Shown here in pieces: positions 23,530-36,204 of a stretch of DNA of 64,000 bases. The stretch's first letter is position 1. Each line of letters begins with the position of its first letter. Source of the stretch: Lingula anatina. Its lineage: Eukaryota; Animalia; Brachiopoda. The notes under the pieces are model-generated. The model ran no database searches. It had not been told where the DNA came from and saw nothing but the letters and a program-made list of their open reading frames with translations. Location: contig CM120644.1 in assembly GCA_051362555.1 (NCBI GenBank), positions 15,708,534 through 15,772,533 of the forward strand. Direction: 5' to 3'. The position numbers and the translations under genes are program-made.

Positions 23530-25011
23530 TCATTCTACTTCCGGTCCTCTATCCGTAACGGGGTCTGTGTTATTAAAACCAAGGTCGGTCGGAATTCTGC
23601 ACCCGTTTGACCTTCCAGGACCGTATAACCAGTCCCATAGCTCACGTTTAGAATAAACATTCGATATTTGAGGTTCCTCGTGTAATTTACTACAAAAACT
23701 GCACCAGTTAACATACGGTCCGTCCATGGGTCTAGTTGTACGGTAGTAATTTTTCCAGTTTAAATATTGTAAGTACAGCGTGTCGTTCCTATCTAGCAAA
23801 AGGAGGTACTCTGCCAGAGCCTTTGGTGTCGTAAAAGCTGACGTGTCTACGTGCATTTCTGGGAGCACACCAAAGATTGAGTAATTGGCTCCGCTTCTTG
23901 ACACAAGAACTACGTCCAAATTCCAAGACCTGAAAAACTTCTCAGAGACATAGTCCTCCGCCAGGTTGTTCTCAAAGGCAAGGTAAAACTTGTATGTCTC
24001 ATTGACGTATCTCCAGCAATTTCTACATGGCCTTCCACAGTCACCTAGTATATCCACATCGATATATTTACTTATCTCTGCAACATACTCTTCTCTCCTA
24101 CTCCTGGTGGTACAATCACTGACCACCCAAACAACCAGTTTCTTTTTTGATTTGATAATCTCCGAGAAGTTGCGTGTGAGAGGTTCGTCTCGTTTTATAA
24201 TCATTCCGTAAGGAGTGAACACATCGGAGTTTCTCTTATATGTGAACGTCCAATTAAACGAGTTGAATAGCATTTCTTTGTTGCGTTGGTTTCTAATGTA
24301 GGTTTGGCAGGACGGTTCCAGTGTGTGGAACACCCATATTTGGTGTTCGGGTTTCGAAAGTGGAATATCACACTCCTTTTCCACTCCTTGGCATTCCCGG
24401 TGAAATGCAGTAGTCGCCACGTTGAATATAATCGCGTCCACAACAGCGGATTGGTTTCTGTCGGTCGTAATGACACATGAATTTACTGGACAAGACTCGA
24501 AAAGTGGCTCCCGCTTCACGTCGTAGTAGTATTGATAATCGTTCCAAAGCAAAATTGACTTTACCGATGGAGAGACTGGTTTGTTGATTGTATTATTGTA
24601 TTTTAGATTTCTCGATCCATGAAAAATATTGGGGCGCTCTTCTAATTTGGTATCCTTTCCATCACCATTGGGGCGCTGGTTTGTTGTAAACGTATCCAGT
24701 GTCACCGGAAATTTTGTAAAAAATTCCTGCCGCACAGAACTTACATGGGCATAGTGGTTGTTGTTGTAATAATACTGGTCGTTGACGTCTCCGTTGTGGA
24801 TACCTTGATTGTATATCTGTTTGACATGACCATGGGAATGCGGAGACCCCAGATGCCTGATTCTCGCCAGTGGTTGTTGTTGGTCTGTGAGAACTTGGTT
24901 TATTCGTCTGATGAACACGACGTATTGCTCAAAAAGCACCGCGATGACTGCCCAGCAACATAGTACAAAAAGAACGCTGAAAAAGCGGGACGTTTTGGAC
25001 CATCTGTTCAT
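23530..25011 (-). CDS. Alpha-1,3-fucosyltransferase (GT10), copy 1 (493 aa, type II membrane protein, single coding exon)
   Basis: GT10 motif YKFYLAFENNLAEDYVSEKFF, FNWTFTYKRNSDV, short basic N-tail plus TM segment (FFSVLFVLCCWAVIAVLF) and stem. The track start at 25083 is TTG. Confidence 0.9.
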   Translation of the reverse strand: MNRWSKTSRFFSVLFVLCCWAVIAVLFEQYVVFIRRINQVLTDQQQPLARIRHLGSPHSHGHVKQIYNQGIHNGDVNDQYYYNNNHYAHVSSVRQEFFTKFPVTLDTFTTNQRPNGDGKDTKLEERPNIFHGSRNLKYNNTINKPVSPSVKSILLWNDYQYYYDVKREPLFESCPVNSCVITTDRNQSAVVDAIIFNVATTAFHRECQGVEKECDIPLSKPEHQIWVFHTLEPSCQTYIRNQRNKEMLFNSFNWTFTYKRNSDVFTPYGMIIKRDEPLTRNFSEIIKSKKKLVVWVVSDCTTRSRREEYVAEISKYIDVDILGDCGRPCRNCWRYVNETYKFYLAFENNLAEDYVSEKFFRSWNLDVVLVSRSGANYSIFGVLPEMHVDTSAFTTPKALAEYLLLLDRNDTLYLQYLNWKNYYRTTRPMDGPYVNWCSFCSKLHEEPQISNVYSKRELWDWLYGPGRSNGCRIPTDLGFNNTDPVTDRGPEVE

Positions 25012-26454
25012 ATTGATAACCTCTTTTGTTCTGATGGTAATATGTTCTAGCTGGAGTATCAGACATAGTAATTTATCTCTCAATCAACTGCACATTTTTG
25101 AATACTTTATACATTTTACATTAAATAACCATTGTTCCCGCATACTTATACGTGACTCAGACATACAAAAATGTCTCATATACAGCGTTGGAAATAACCA
25201 TTCAGTGGGTGTAATTACCTTGACGCTGTATCTTATTTAAAGATGTATAAAGGCACACAATATACGCACGCTAGATAATTTAATACATGTCCTAAATGAA
25301 AAACAATCATTCTCTGCAATGTCCTCACTTTATTATCAAGGTATCAGTGCATATGCCCATGCCAATTCAATCCGATCTTACTTGCTTTATTAGTTTTTTT
25401 AAAGGTATGCGAGAGAACACCCATATGTAGGTCACATTCGGGGTCAAATATGTCCGCCCCATCTACATGTACCTCTATAAACTACAATCCATTCAGTAAT
25501 CAGTTACACCTATCGTGATAGATGCTCCGCTCCAAGTACCACATACGTTTAATTCTGTATTGTTACGGAATTTATTAGAACTAAATGTAAAGTAACAATG
25601 CTGCTGCAGTCACTTCCCAGTATCAAAGGTGGTCAGAAGAGACAGCTGCTACCAGAAAGCCCACAAAAGAATGCGTTATGCATTGAAAACATTTAAATTA
25701 GAAAAATATTTAAATGAACCCCCACACATACACTCACACATGCACACACACACATACACGCGCACACACACAGGCACGAGCGTATACACACATACAGATG
25801 AACACACATACACATAAACACGAGCGTTTGCGTAATGAGTGGGAAGATAAGGCATTATACCCTCAAATATAACGTAGCGCCTTTGTTCCCTTTTTGCTAG
25901 TGCGATTTATGCTTTCCAAGCGGTCCCGTTCAATTCAATAAAAAACGATTTAAATGACATTTGGGCCATAATATTCAGGTTAAACGGAGTTTATAGTAGA
26001 AATGCCTTTTTAATACATGTAAAACGCTACCAAAAGGTGTCATGTATGCCGAAAGCATCAAAACAAGGGATTGTGGGTCAGCGAGCGCCCCTATTTTTGC
26101 CCTTTGCTGCCAGATGCACCGCCTTGTGTAGGTATAAGCCACGTTTTGATGGAGGTAATACATCTGAAAAGGGACAAATGTTTAGTGGGCAGTGGATCAT
26201 GCTACTTGCTATGCAAGGGGCTCTTTAGGCTAACATCGTTTACGTATTCAAGTACGCAGGTAAACGATGGAGTACATTCTCATTCGCGGAGGGACAAACG
26301 ATGTTTTAACATGTCTAAAAACAATTGCATTTGCTACTAACATGTTCACTTTCATACGCTTGAGAAGGATGATTTCATGTGCTCAAAACTGTGCGTATTA
26401 TAGATTTCATGTTTGATTCTCACACGTGCCTCATTAGGGGTGACCGAACCTTGA

Positions 26455-26800
26455 TGGCCCGTTCACACTAGAGGCGGAATGAGCAAGAATGCCGACGGAA
26501 ATACAATTCTTTGTTCGTTCCTGGATATTCAAAGAGCATTCTAAAATTTCTGAGTGCATTCCAAATATTTTTTACCCATTCTTGTGGCCGGCCCAAATGT
26601 TTTGCTCATGCTCAAAACTTTCGAAGTGCATTCCAAATGGAAAAATATCGAATGGCATGCTTAGTCTATTCTAACTGCACTATGGGTGCAATCTAAATAT
26701 ACGTAGGGCGTTCCGACATCATTCGAAACATTCTTATTGCGTTAGAGGGAAAAGAGAAATAGTAAGACCCTTGAAATCCTGCTAGAATGAGCTCAAAATT
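26455..26800. mobile_element. Harbinger-like non-autonomous fragment; boundaries approximate
   Basis: GGCCCGTTCACACTAG terminus and recurring GAATG/CATTC motifs; abuts the truncated acyltransferase fragment. Confidence 0.4.
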
Positions 26801-26806
26801 GGGACG

Positions 26807-26988
26807 TAGGACGTAACGAAACCAATTGTGTTTTGATGCATCAGGCAAAAGTCTCAACAACTGCAATTACCACGTGGATCACCTAAAAGGCTGATAACGT
26901 AGGCTGTGTGGAAGCAATGTCTTGGGCATCTGCAACGAGAGATCCCACATCTTCGCCTGTCCATAGTTTGGCACGAAGGGAAGAGGCA
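26807..26988 (+). pseudogene. 5' fragment of a copy-5-type acyltransferase
   Basis: Matches ~21158-21342 (GRNETNCVLMHQAKVST...WKQCLGHLQREIPHLRLSIVWHEGKRH) with a 2-nt deletion; ends at a (CA)n tract. Confidence 0.8.
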
Positions 26989-27010
26989 TGTATACCAGCA
27001 CACGCACACA

Positions 27011-27045
<35 letters not shown>

Positions 27046-27606
27046 ATATATTGCATTAGGTAAAGATTTCGGGTGTGGGGTGTGCACCAATAACAATTCA
27101 TTATAATTAGAAAAAATTGTTTTAGACTTTTTGTTTATCATTTCATCGGAATTGGGCTTCTTTCAAGAAAGGCTTAATGCTTGATTTCATGTTTTATATC
27201 TGAGGCCTGTCTTTGACATAAATGTGTTCCTGTCTGGGAAGATGCACCGTGTAACAAGCGCTACTTGTATCATAGCGGTGCATTAAAGTGAGTACTCAGT
27301 AATGAAAGGGTCTGTAAACATTGTATAATTTTATCTTTTGTTTCATATTTGATAGAGTAGGTTAAAATTCTTCTTCCAAGTGGTCAACGTTAGAATCAAT
27401 ATCAGTGCAACAAAGACAGAGATGTAGTTGACAGTGAGCAAATAAACAACATGCGCATATATTCCTTGGCGGAAAAAAGCCATGCAAATTTCTTCAATTC
27501 CTGAATCTCTACAAAATTAATGATGTAAAGAAAACCAAGTAGAGCATGCAATGAAAGAGATAAAAAATGTATCACAAAAATCACTGGTTGAATACTGATA
27601 CCAGAA

Positions 27607-29088
27607 TCATTCGAGTTCTGGTTCTCTATTCGTAACAGCGTCTGTCTTATTAAAGTCAAGGTCAGTCGGAGCTCTGCATCCATTTGAAGTTCCAGACCCG
27701 TATAACCAGTCCCATAGCTCACGTTTAGAATAAACATTCGATATTTGAGGTTCCTCGTGTAATTTACTACAAAAACTGCACCAGTTAACATACGGTCCGT
27801 CCATGGGTCTTGTTGTCCGGTAGTAATTTTTCCAGTTTAAATATTGTAAGTACAGCGTGTCGTTCCTATCTAGCAAAAGGAGGTACTCTGCCAGAGCCTT
27901 TGGTGTCGTAAAAGCTGACGTGTCTATGTGCATTTCTGGGAGCACACCAAAGATTGAGTAATTGGCTCCGCTTCTTGACACAAGAACTACGTCCAAATTC
28001 CAAGATCTGAAAAACTTCTCAGAGACATAGTCGTCCGCCAGGTTGTTCTCAAAGGCAAGGTAGAACTTATATGTCTCATTGACGTATCTCCAGCAGTTTC
28101 TACATGGTCTTCCACAGTCACCTAGTATATCCACATCGATGTATTTACTTAACTCTGCAACATACTCTTCTCTCCTACTTCTGGTGGTACAATCACTGAC
28201 CACCCAAGCAACCAGTTTCTTTTTCGCTTTGATAATCTCTGAGAAGTTGCGTGTGAGAGGTTCCTCTCGTTTTATAATCATTCCGTAAGGAGTGAACACA
28301 TCGGAGTTTCTCTTATATGTGAACGTCCAATTAAACGAGTTGAATAGCATTTCTTTGTTGTCTTGCTTTCTCATGGAAGTAAGGCAGGCCGGTTCCAGTG
28401 TGTGGAACACCCAAATTTGGTGTTTGGGTTTAAGAAGTGGAATTTCACACTCTTTTTCCACTCCCTGGCATTCCTGGTGAAATGCTCTAGGCGCTACGTT
28501 GAATATAATCGCGTCCACAACAGCGGTTTGGTTTCTGTCGGTCGTAATGACACATGAATTTACTGGACAAGACTCAAAAAGTGGCTCCCGCTTCACGTCG
28601 TAGTAGTATTGATAATCGTTCCAAAGCAAAATTGACTTTTCCGATGTAGAGACTGGTTTGTTGACTGTAATGTTGTATTTTAGATTCCCCGATCTATTAA
28701 AAACATTGGGGCCCTCTTCTAATTTGGTATCTTTTCCATCACCATTGAGGCGCTGGTTTGTTCTAAATGTATCCAGTGTTTCCGGCAAATTTGTAAAAAG
28801 TTCCTGCGTGGAAGAACTTTCATGGACATAGTGGTTGCTGTGGTAATAAAACTGGTCGTGGACGTCTCCGTTGTGGATACCTGGATTGTAAATCCGTCTG
28901 ACATGAAAATGGGAATGTGGAGACCCCAGATGCCTGATTCTCGCCAGTGGTTGCTGTTGGTCTGTAAGAACCTGGTTTATTCGTCTTATAAACACGATAT
29001 AGTGCTCAACAAGCACCGCGATGACTGCCCAGCAACATAGTACAAAAAGAACTCGGAAAAAGTGGGATGTTTTTGACCATCTGTTCAT
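27607..29088 (-). CDS. Alpha-1,3-fucosyltransferase (GT10), copy 2 (493 aa; alternative ATG at 29094)
   Basis: YKFYLAFENNLADDYVSEKFF motif, TM segment, collinear with copy 1. Confidence 0.9.
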   Translation of the reverse strand: MNRWSKTSHFFRVLFVLCCWAVIAVLVEHYIVFIRRINQVLTDQQQPLARIRHLGSPHSHFHVRRIYNPGIHNGDVHDQFYYHSNHYVHESSSTQELFTNLPETLDTFRTNQRLNGDGKDTKLEEGPNVFNRSGNLKYNITVNKPVSTSEKSILLWNDYQYYYDVKREPLFESCPVNSCVITTDRNQTAVVDAIIFNVAPRAFHQECQGVEKECEIPLLKPKHQIWVFHTLEPACLTSMRKQDNKEMLFNSFNWTFTYKRNSDVFTPYGMIIKREEPLTRNFSEIIKAKKKLVAWVVSDCTTRSRREEYVAELSKYIDVDILGDCGRPCRNCWRYVNETYKFYLAFENNLADDYVSEKFFRSWNLDVVLVSRSGANYSIFGVLPEMHIDTSAFTTPKALAEYLLLLDRNDTLYLQYLNWKNYYRTTRPMDGPYVNWCSFCSKLHEEPQISNVYSKRELWDWLYGSGTSNGCRAPTDLDFNKTDAVTNREPELE

Positions 29089-30022
29089 ATTCATAACCTC
29101 TTTTGTTCTGATGGTAATATGATCTAGCTGGAGTATCATATGGTAATTTATCTCTCAATCTACGGCAAATTTTTGAATACTTTATACATTGTTCATTAAA
29201 TAACCATTGCTCCCGCATACTTATACGTGACTCCGACATACAAAAACGTATCATATACAGCGTTGGAAATGATAATATAGTGAGTGTAATTTCGTTGACG
29301 CTGTAAGTTATTAAAGATGTATAAAGACATACAATATACGCACGCAAGATAGTTTTTACATTTCGTCAATAAAAAAGTGCATTCTCTGCAATATTCGCAC
29401 TTTATTATCAAGGTATTACATATCCATAAATGTTAAAAATACCGCGGTGCGTATGCGTATATAAAACTTAACGTTTTCCAACGGCTAATTTAACCCGATA
29501 GTACTTGCTATATTTGTGACGAAAGAGAAATGAGAGAACACTTACATGTACCAGTAGGTCACTTTTGGGGTTAAATATGTCCGCCCCATCCACCTCTCTA
29601 ACCCATTCAGTAATTAGTTTCATGTATGACCGTGATCCCTGCACCGCACGAGGCATGTACCGCATCAGAATGCACATAATCAAGTTTTCTTTTTTTTTGT
29701 TCAAATACTCCGTATTTTTAAGGAATTCATAAGGATTAAACATAAAATAACAAAGCTGCTGCGGTCACTTTCAGGAATTAAAGGTGGTCAGGGGAAAGGG
29801 AAAACGCGAGAAGGTAAACAAAAGAAGTTGTTATGCATTAAATTGAAAACCTATCTTAAAATGAAATTGTTTTAATAGGAATATGTATTCGCAACGAGGG
29901 CATGAGGGACTGCACCATTTTATAAAATTGTGAGGCGGTGTAAGCACAGGAAGCAGGGAGGGAGACGCACACACTCAACTGTTACCCCACACACGCGCGA
30001 GAGCGCGCGCGCACACACTTAC

Positions 30023-30058
<36 letters not shown>

Positions 30059-30928
30059 ACACATACACACAAATACGAGCGTTTGCGTAATGAGGATGGG
30101 CAAGATTAGGCATTATAGCGCCAAAAATAACGCAACGCTGTTGTTCCCTTTTTACTAGTGCGATTCCTGCATTCCAAGATCCCGCTCAATTCAATAAAAA
30201 GCAATTAAGGTGAATTAGCGCCATGATATTCAGGTTAAAACGGAGTTTATAGTAGAAATCCCTTTTTGATACATATAAAACTCTACCAGAAGGTGTCATG
30301 CATACCAAAAGCATCCAAACAAGGGCTTGTGGGTCAGCGACCGCCCCTATTTTTGCTCTTTGCTGCCAGATGCACCGCCTTGTGTAGGTTTATTGTGAAA
30401 AAGCCACGTTTTGAAGGAGGTAACACATCTGAAAAGGGACAAATGTTTAGTGGAAAGTGGTTCACTGAAACCTGCTATGCAAGGGGCTCGTTAGGCTGAC
30501 ATCGTTTACGTGTACGAGGGAGATTCAATGCTGTAAGCATGTTTAAAAACAATTTTATATGCTACTTATATGTTCATTTTCGTGCGCTGGAAAGGGGTGA
30601 TTTCATACGCTCAAAATTGTGCGTATAATCGACTTCATGTCCGATTCGCGTGACAGAGCCTTGGCCCAGATTATATCATGCATCATCACCTGCTAATATA
30701 ATAATAAGATTATATCATGCACGAGCATGCAATGGACAGGGGCATGAATTAAATCATTATCTGCTTATATAATAATAAGAAAATAAAATAACAGAAAAAT
30801 ACATATCAATAACAATAACTAAAAACGGTATCATGTGCTTACCAAATATACAATCCGTATAATTTTATTGAGCACAAGCTGCTATAGAATACGGCACATT
30901 AATTGCTCTTCTTTGACAGTGTCATTAT

Positions 30929-31812
30929 CTAATTGTCCGGGGATCCATAAAAGAAAGCCGTCTCGGGGTCGTTCTGGTTGTAATAAAATTGGGCACAACC
31001 ATTTGCGAACTCTTGCCCGCTGATGACGCCATTGCCATCTTGATCAGTGGTATTAAATGGCACTTCCGGTGGCAAGGTGCTATGGAATATCGCCAGGAAT
31101 TTAGAAAACTCATCAACAGAAATGTCTTCACCACAATCCACATTAATGATATTGAACCAGTCCTCACACCATTCGGAGTATTTTGAATTCATCGTGAAAT
31201 TTGCAATGTCAATTTTGAGCAATTCAATCCATTCATCGACTGTAACTGACTGCTTAAAATGGTTGTGTTCGTTTGAAAACCAGGGACCCCAAGTGGTAGA
31301 CAAAACCGCATATACGACCTTTGACCTCCAAGAAGGGAGAACCTTTCGACTCCTCTCTGTTGTTAAATCCATGTACTCTCGTCTGTCCAATTTGCCATCC
31401 TCGTTGACATCAAGTTGTTTGAAGTATCCACGTATTTTCATCTTGAAAAGAGCAGACGGCTCCGCGTTGGAGGACTTCTAAGTATTATATATTATATTAT
31501 ATTATATGTTGTCAGAGGGGAGAACTATATATTACTAAGAGCTATGATTACTTATAGCTACTGGCAAATATTACCAAGTCTGGGTTTAAATGAACAAATA
31601 ATTCAGAGTCCACTGGAGTTTTTTTATCGTTGGTTTCAAATTTTCAAGGGCTGAATATAACACGTAAGCTTTGTATAGAGTTCTGATAAGACATTCGTGG
31701 TTAAATACCATCTAAACATAATAACTACCTCGGTGGTGGATTCACGGCCCTTGACATCATGCAGACATGTAGCGTACAGAACAGCTACTTGCACGATTAT
31801 TAACAGCTTCAT
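30929..31812 (-). CDS. Predicted secreted SCP-like EF-hand protein S1 (210 aa; exons 31812-31729 and 31477-30929)
   Basis: Exon 1 MKLLIIVQVAVLYATCLHDVKGRESTTE ends at a phase-0 GT donor and joins in frame at TTAG|AAG. EF loops DVNEDGKLDRRE and DQDGNGVISGQE; C-terminal DPETAFFYG. Confidence 0.8.
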
Positions 31813-33643
31813 AGTAAACAAGTCGTTCTGAAATACAATATATGTGTTCAACAGGCCCACAGAGAAACACCCACACTGATTTTTTACTTTATAACTTCAG
31901 AAAATAAACGCTTAAAATATAAATTGGCAGTAAGCTAGTCTTGGAATACGTTAAAATGATAAATGATTTTGTTTTCCTTTTCAGAAAACATATATTTAAA
32001 ATAAATACATTTGCTACATATGTCTGTGGTATTAGACATTTTGGTTTGAATTAGTCATTTTCCCCCTTTAATCACTACCCCATGTCATCATGGTAAGACA
32101 TACATGTATATGTATGTATATATCCTCTGATGTACATGTATTAGAATATGTCAGATCGTTAAAAGGATAACAACTGCTCGTTTTGGACAAAAAAAATGGA
32201 TTTTCCCGAGGCAATCTAACGTCAATATTCCCATACTTACCAATTGTTTATGAATCTGTTCCGACAGTTAAGATTAGTGCTGTTTTTTTTTCTTTGAACA
32301 CAACTTAACAATTTTAGATCCTCAGAAAACCGTACCAATGTTAATCTCTACAACGAACTTTTTCTCAATATCTAAAAAGTTTTTTTAGGAAAAATAAGAC
32401 TCAAACCGGGATTTTCTCATTTGATTTATAAAAAAAAAACTATATCTGTCATATCTGATTTCATTATTACTTGGAAAATTACTGAACATTGATAATATTC
32501 ATGGTTACTCACCCTTTTCTCATTTCTCAACCGCTTTTGCTGCATTCGTTTGCAATGTCACTAAGCGTTAAGACTACTGGAACAGTACGCCTTTACAGAC
32601 ATCAACATCATCTTGACAGGTAAAATAAATGATATCGGCATTACATAATATCGAACAACTTTACATACAATTATTAACAGGCATAATACAACGGGCAAAA
32701 AGTATCATCACAATTACTTTCGAGGAATTCATTTTTTCAGACCAACATCAATTCTTTACAAACAACAGACATATTACTGAATATTTGATTCAGGAAGACA
32801 TATGCGGTAAACAAACTAAAAACATCAAAATTCTAGGAACTACGGGTTGTGGTGTCTATCTATAGGCTGCTTAAGTGTGCTCTACTGGGTATATTATTAA
32901 CTAGTCCGAGGGTCAAATATGGCCAACTCTCGGAGAATCTGTTCAATGTCTTTTAGCGGGTTAGGCGGCAAGCTCTTTAATGGGTCGCCATATTTGACCC
33001 GTGGACTAGTTAGTCCATTGTTCTGAATGCGACATAGGACTGTAAAAACATTGACAAAATCATATCCATAAATAGCATCACAGTAAGAAAAAATCGAAAA
33101 CGAACGTGTACACCGTAACTTTTCTCGCTAGTTCTGGATAGGAAACATAAAGTACATTGGACCTTACATGAAAGCTGAGCCCATTAATCCGCTGAACCCC
33201 CCCCCCTGCTGCCGCCAGCCACATTAAACGGATTAAACCACGTCTCTGTGGTATATTGCTAGGCCCCTGCAGGGACGGCGCCTGTAGTCGCAGGGAGACC
33301 CTAAGCAGATTAGTCGGCTCTGCTTTCATGTAAGGTCCGCCATATTTGATCCGCGGATCAGTAAATCTGAGGATCATCTGTTGAGAATGCCTCTAAATCC
33401 AAACCACACATCCCTTGAATTAAACATTGCACCGTTTCATCTGCCACATTCCAAGGTGACGTTCAGTTTGAATGGAGTGGTGGGCGTTGGCGTTAGATGA
33501 CTGGTTGTCAATTTTGATGCTCATTTTACGTCCAAATCGTAATTTTATTTGCATTGATTATTATTCCATATTATTCACTTAGCATGGCTTAATGCAGTGG
33601 CGGAGCTTTTTACTTCTAAGCCCAGTGATTGTTCTGGTTGAAA

Positions 33644-33846
33644 ATGTTCAACGTGTCAAAAATCGCCCAACGTAGTCGGTGGTTAGTGCAGCTTTTCCAA
33701 GTAGGCCGAGGTTATAAGCAAGACTTGTTCAACCCACATGTACCCTGATGCTCAAGACTAACTGCCGACCTAGTGTAGTTCTAGGATCTGCGCTATACTC
33801 CAAAGCGGCCAGGAGAATAACGAATCAAACACCACGTCTTGAAAAG
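33644..33846 (+). pseudogene. Orphan, frameshifted mitochondrial-leader-type exon
   Basis: MFNVSKIAQRSRWLVQLFQVGRG / (+2 frameshift) / ...SVVLGSALYSKAARRITNQTPRLEK|GTAC; homologous to the leaders at 44559 and 61181. Confidence 0.6.
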
Positions 33847-34031
33847 GTACGTAGAGGAATATCTGCATTTCACCTTGCTCAGTCATTCTAATATATACAT
33901 CTGCCATCAATCGCATTGGCTCGTATTCAAACATAAAATTGCAAGTTGGTTTGTTTTGTATCGCAGGCCTGTGCCGTGTGTAATACAGACGTTACAATCT
34001 GACACTGGCTACGAGAGGATCGAGAAGTTAA

Positions 34032-34371
34032 AGGGATAATAACTCTTCGTATGAGATCTATATTTCACAATAAAAACATTGTGGATAACTCATAGAAATA
34101 TAATATATTCTGTTTTACCACAAAAACGGCAGTTATAGCTATTTTTTCTGATGTCTGAGCTTGTCTTTAGACCACGTGACCCCCATTGATGGCTATACTC
34201 TGTTAAAATCTCTGAAGAGATTTTAACAAAAAAAAAAAAATTTTTTAGAAAAAAACTAGGGACTAACTTTGAATGTAAAAATGGATTCATTAACCACTGG
34301 TAAGTATGGGAAAATTGTTGTTTACTCCAGGAAAATTCCTTTTTTGGCCGAAACGAAGAGTTATTATCCCT
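34032..34371. mobile_element. Non-autonomous Kolobok-type element (TTAA TSD), second copy
   Basis: TTAA-AGGGATAATAACTCTTCGT ... ACGAAGAGTTATTATCCCT-TTAA. Confidence 0.8.
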
Positions 34372-34884
34372 TTAAGAACGACACAAGGTACGCTTCTGCT
34401 AAACCAAAAGGACGCATTCAGAACAGATAATGCGTGGACCATTTAATCCGCAGACCAAATATGGCCTACCCTACTTAAAGACAGGTCGTCTAATCCCCTG
34501 ATGGTCTCTCCGCCCCATCCGCGCAATTAAACAAATAAAATCTTGGTTCTTACGTTTGATTGCTAGGCCCCTGCAGGGACGTCACGTGTGGAGGCGGGAA
34601 AACCATCAGTGGATAAGACAACAGCAAGCATGTGGCAAGAAAAGTGACGGACTTAGGGGAAGTGTCAGGGGGGTCCTGACACCCCCCTTTGATTTAAAAA
34701 AAATCACACCAATAGTCCCCTTTTGAAATTAGAATTTTGCCTAGCTGAATCATAGTTCTAAACCGTACCTAATGGCACCTTTCGCCCTCAAAAAGCGCAT
34801 TCTAAATATCTTAAAACAAAGCATCATTGTTTTAAATGGAATATGTATTCTCAACGAGGACATGAGGGACTACACCATTAATAA

Positions 34885-35145
34885 AACTAGAAAAGCACTC
34901 AGAGAGCGCAGTCCTCCGTCAAGGCAGCAATGTTTTATTATTATTGATTATTGATTGATTATTGTTCCGGATCACCACCAAATACTAATCACTTCTAAGT
35001 TGACCCATTTCTGACCAACCCTGAAAATTTCATCAAAATCGGTGTTGATGATTGATTTTTGATTATTGATTGATTACTGATCCGGATCACCACCAAAAAC
35101 TAATCATCTCTTCCTTGGACCACTAATGACAGTTCCTGAAAATCA
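34885..35145. mobile_element. Possible Crypton-like non-autonomous repeat with internal duplication
   Basis: ACTAGAAAAGCACTCAGAGAGCGCAGTCCTCCGTCAAGG start and two CCGGATCACCACCAAAA units; classification from recall only. Confidence 0.3.
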
Positions 35146-35303
35146 TCGACTTCGCATATGATAATAACAAAGCATAACAAAACAGTAGCGAACATAAAAA
35201 AAATGTTATCATGTGCTAACCAAATATTTACTCATAATTTTATTGAGCAAAAGCTGCTATAAAATGTGGCACATCAATTGCTCTTCTTTGACGCTGTCGT
35301 TAT

Positions 35304-36204
35304 CTAATTGTCCGGGGATCCATAAAAGAAAGCTGTCTCGGGGTCGTTCTGGTTGTAATAAAATTGGGCACAACCATTTGCGAACTCTTGCCCAGTGATG
35401 ACGCCATTGCCATCTTGATCAGTGGTATTGAATGGCACTTCCGGTGGCAAGGCACTATGGAATATCACCAAGAATTTACCAAACTCATCAACAGAAATAT
35501 CCTCACCACAATCCAAATTGATGGTATCGAACCAGTCCTCACACCATTCGGAGAATTTTGAATTACTCGTGAAATTTGCATTGGCAATTTTGAGTAATTC
35601 AATCCATTCATCGACTGTAACTGACTGCTTATATTGGTTGTGTTCGTTTGAAAACCAGGTACCCCAAGAAGCAGACAAAATTGCATATACGACCTTTGAC
35701 CTCCAAGAAGGGAGAGCCTGTCGACTTCTCTCTGTTGTTAAATCCACGTACTCTCGTTTGTCCAATTTGCCATCCTTGTTGACATCAAGTTGTGTAAGAT
35801 ATGCATGCATTTTCCTCTTGAAAAGGGCAGACGGCTCCGCGTTTGAGGACTCCTTAATATAAAGTATTTACACAGATACAAGTCTGATTGCACAATTTTT
35901 TGTCAGAGAGGAGAAATATATATATATTAATTATTAGAGCTATACTTCCAGTCATTGGCAAATATTTACAAGTCTGGGCTTAGATGAACAAATAATTCAG
36001 AGTCCACTGGAGTTTTTTATCGTTGGTTTGAAATTGTCAAGAGCTCAATATTACATGTAAGCTTTGTATAGTTTCTGACAAGACATTCATGGCTTAATAC
36101 CATCTAAACATAATAACTACCTCGGTGGTGGATTCACGGCCCTTGACATCATGCAGACATGTAGCGTACAGAACAGCTACTTGCACGATTATTAACAGCT
36201 TCAT
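35304..36204 (-). CDS. Predicted secreted SCP-like EF-hand protein S2 (210 aa; exons 36204-36121 and 35852-35304)
   Basis: Signal-peptide exon identical to S1; in-frame phase-0 join at TAAG|GAG; EF loops DVNKDGKLDKRE and DQDGNGVITGQE. Confidence 0.8.
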
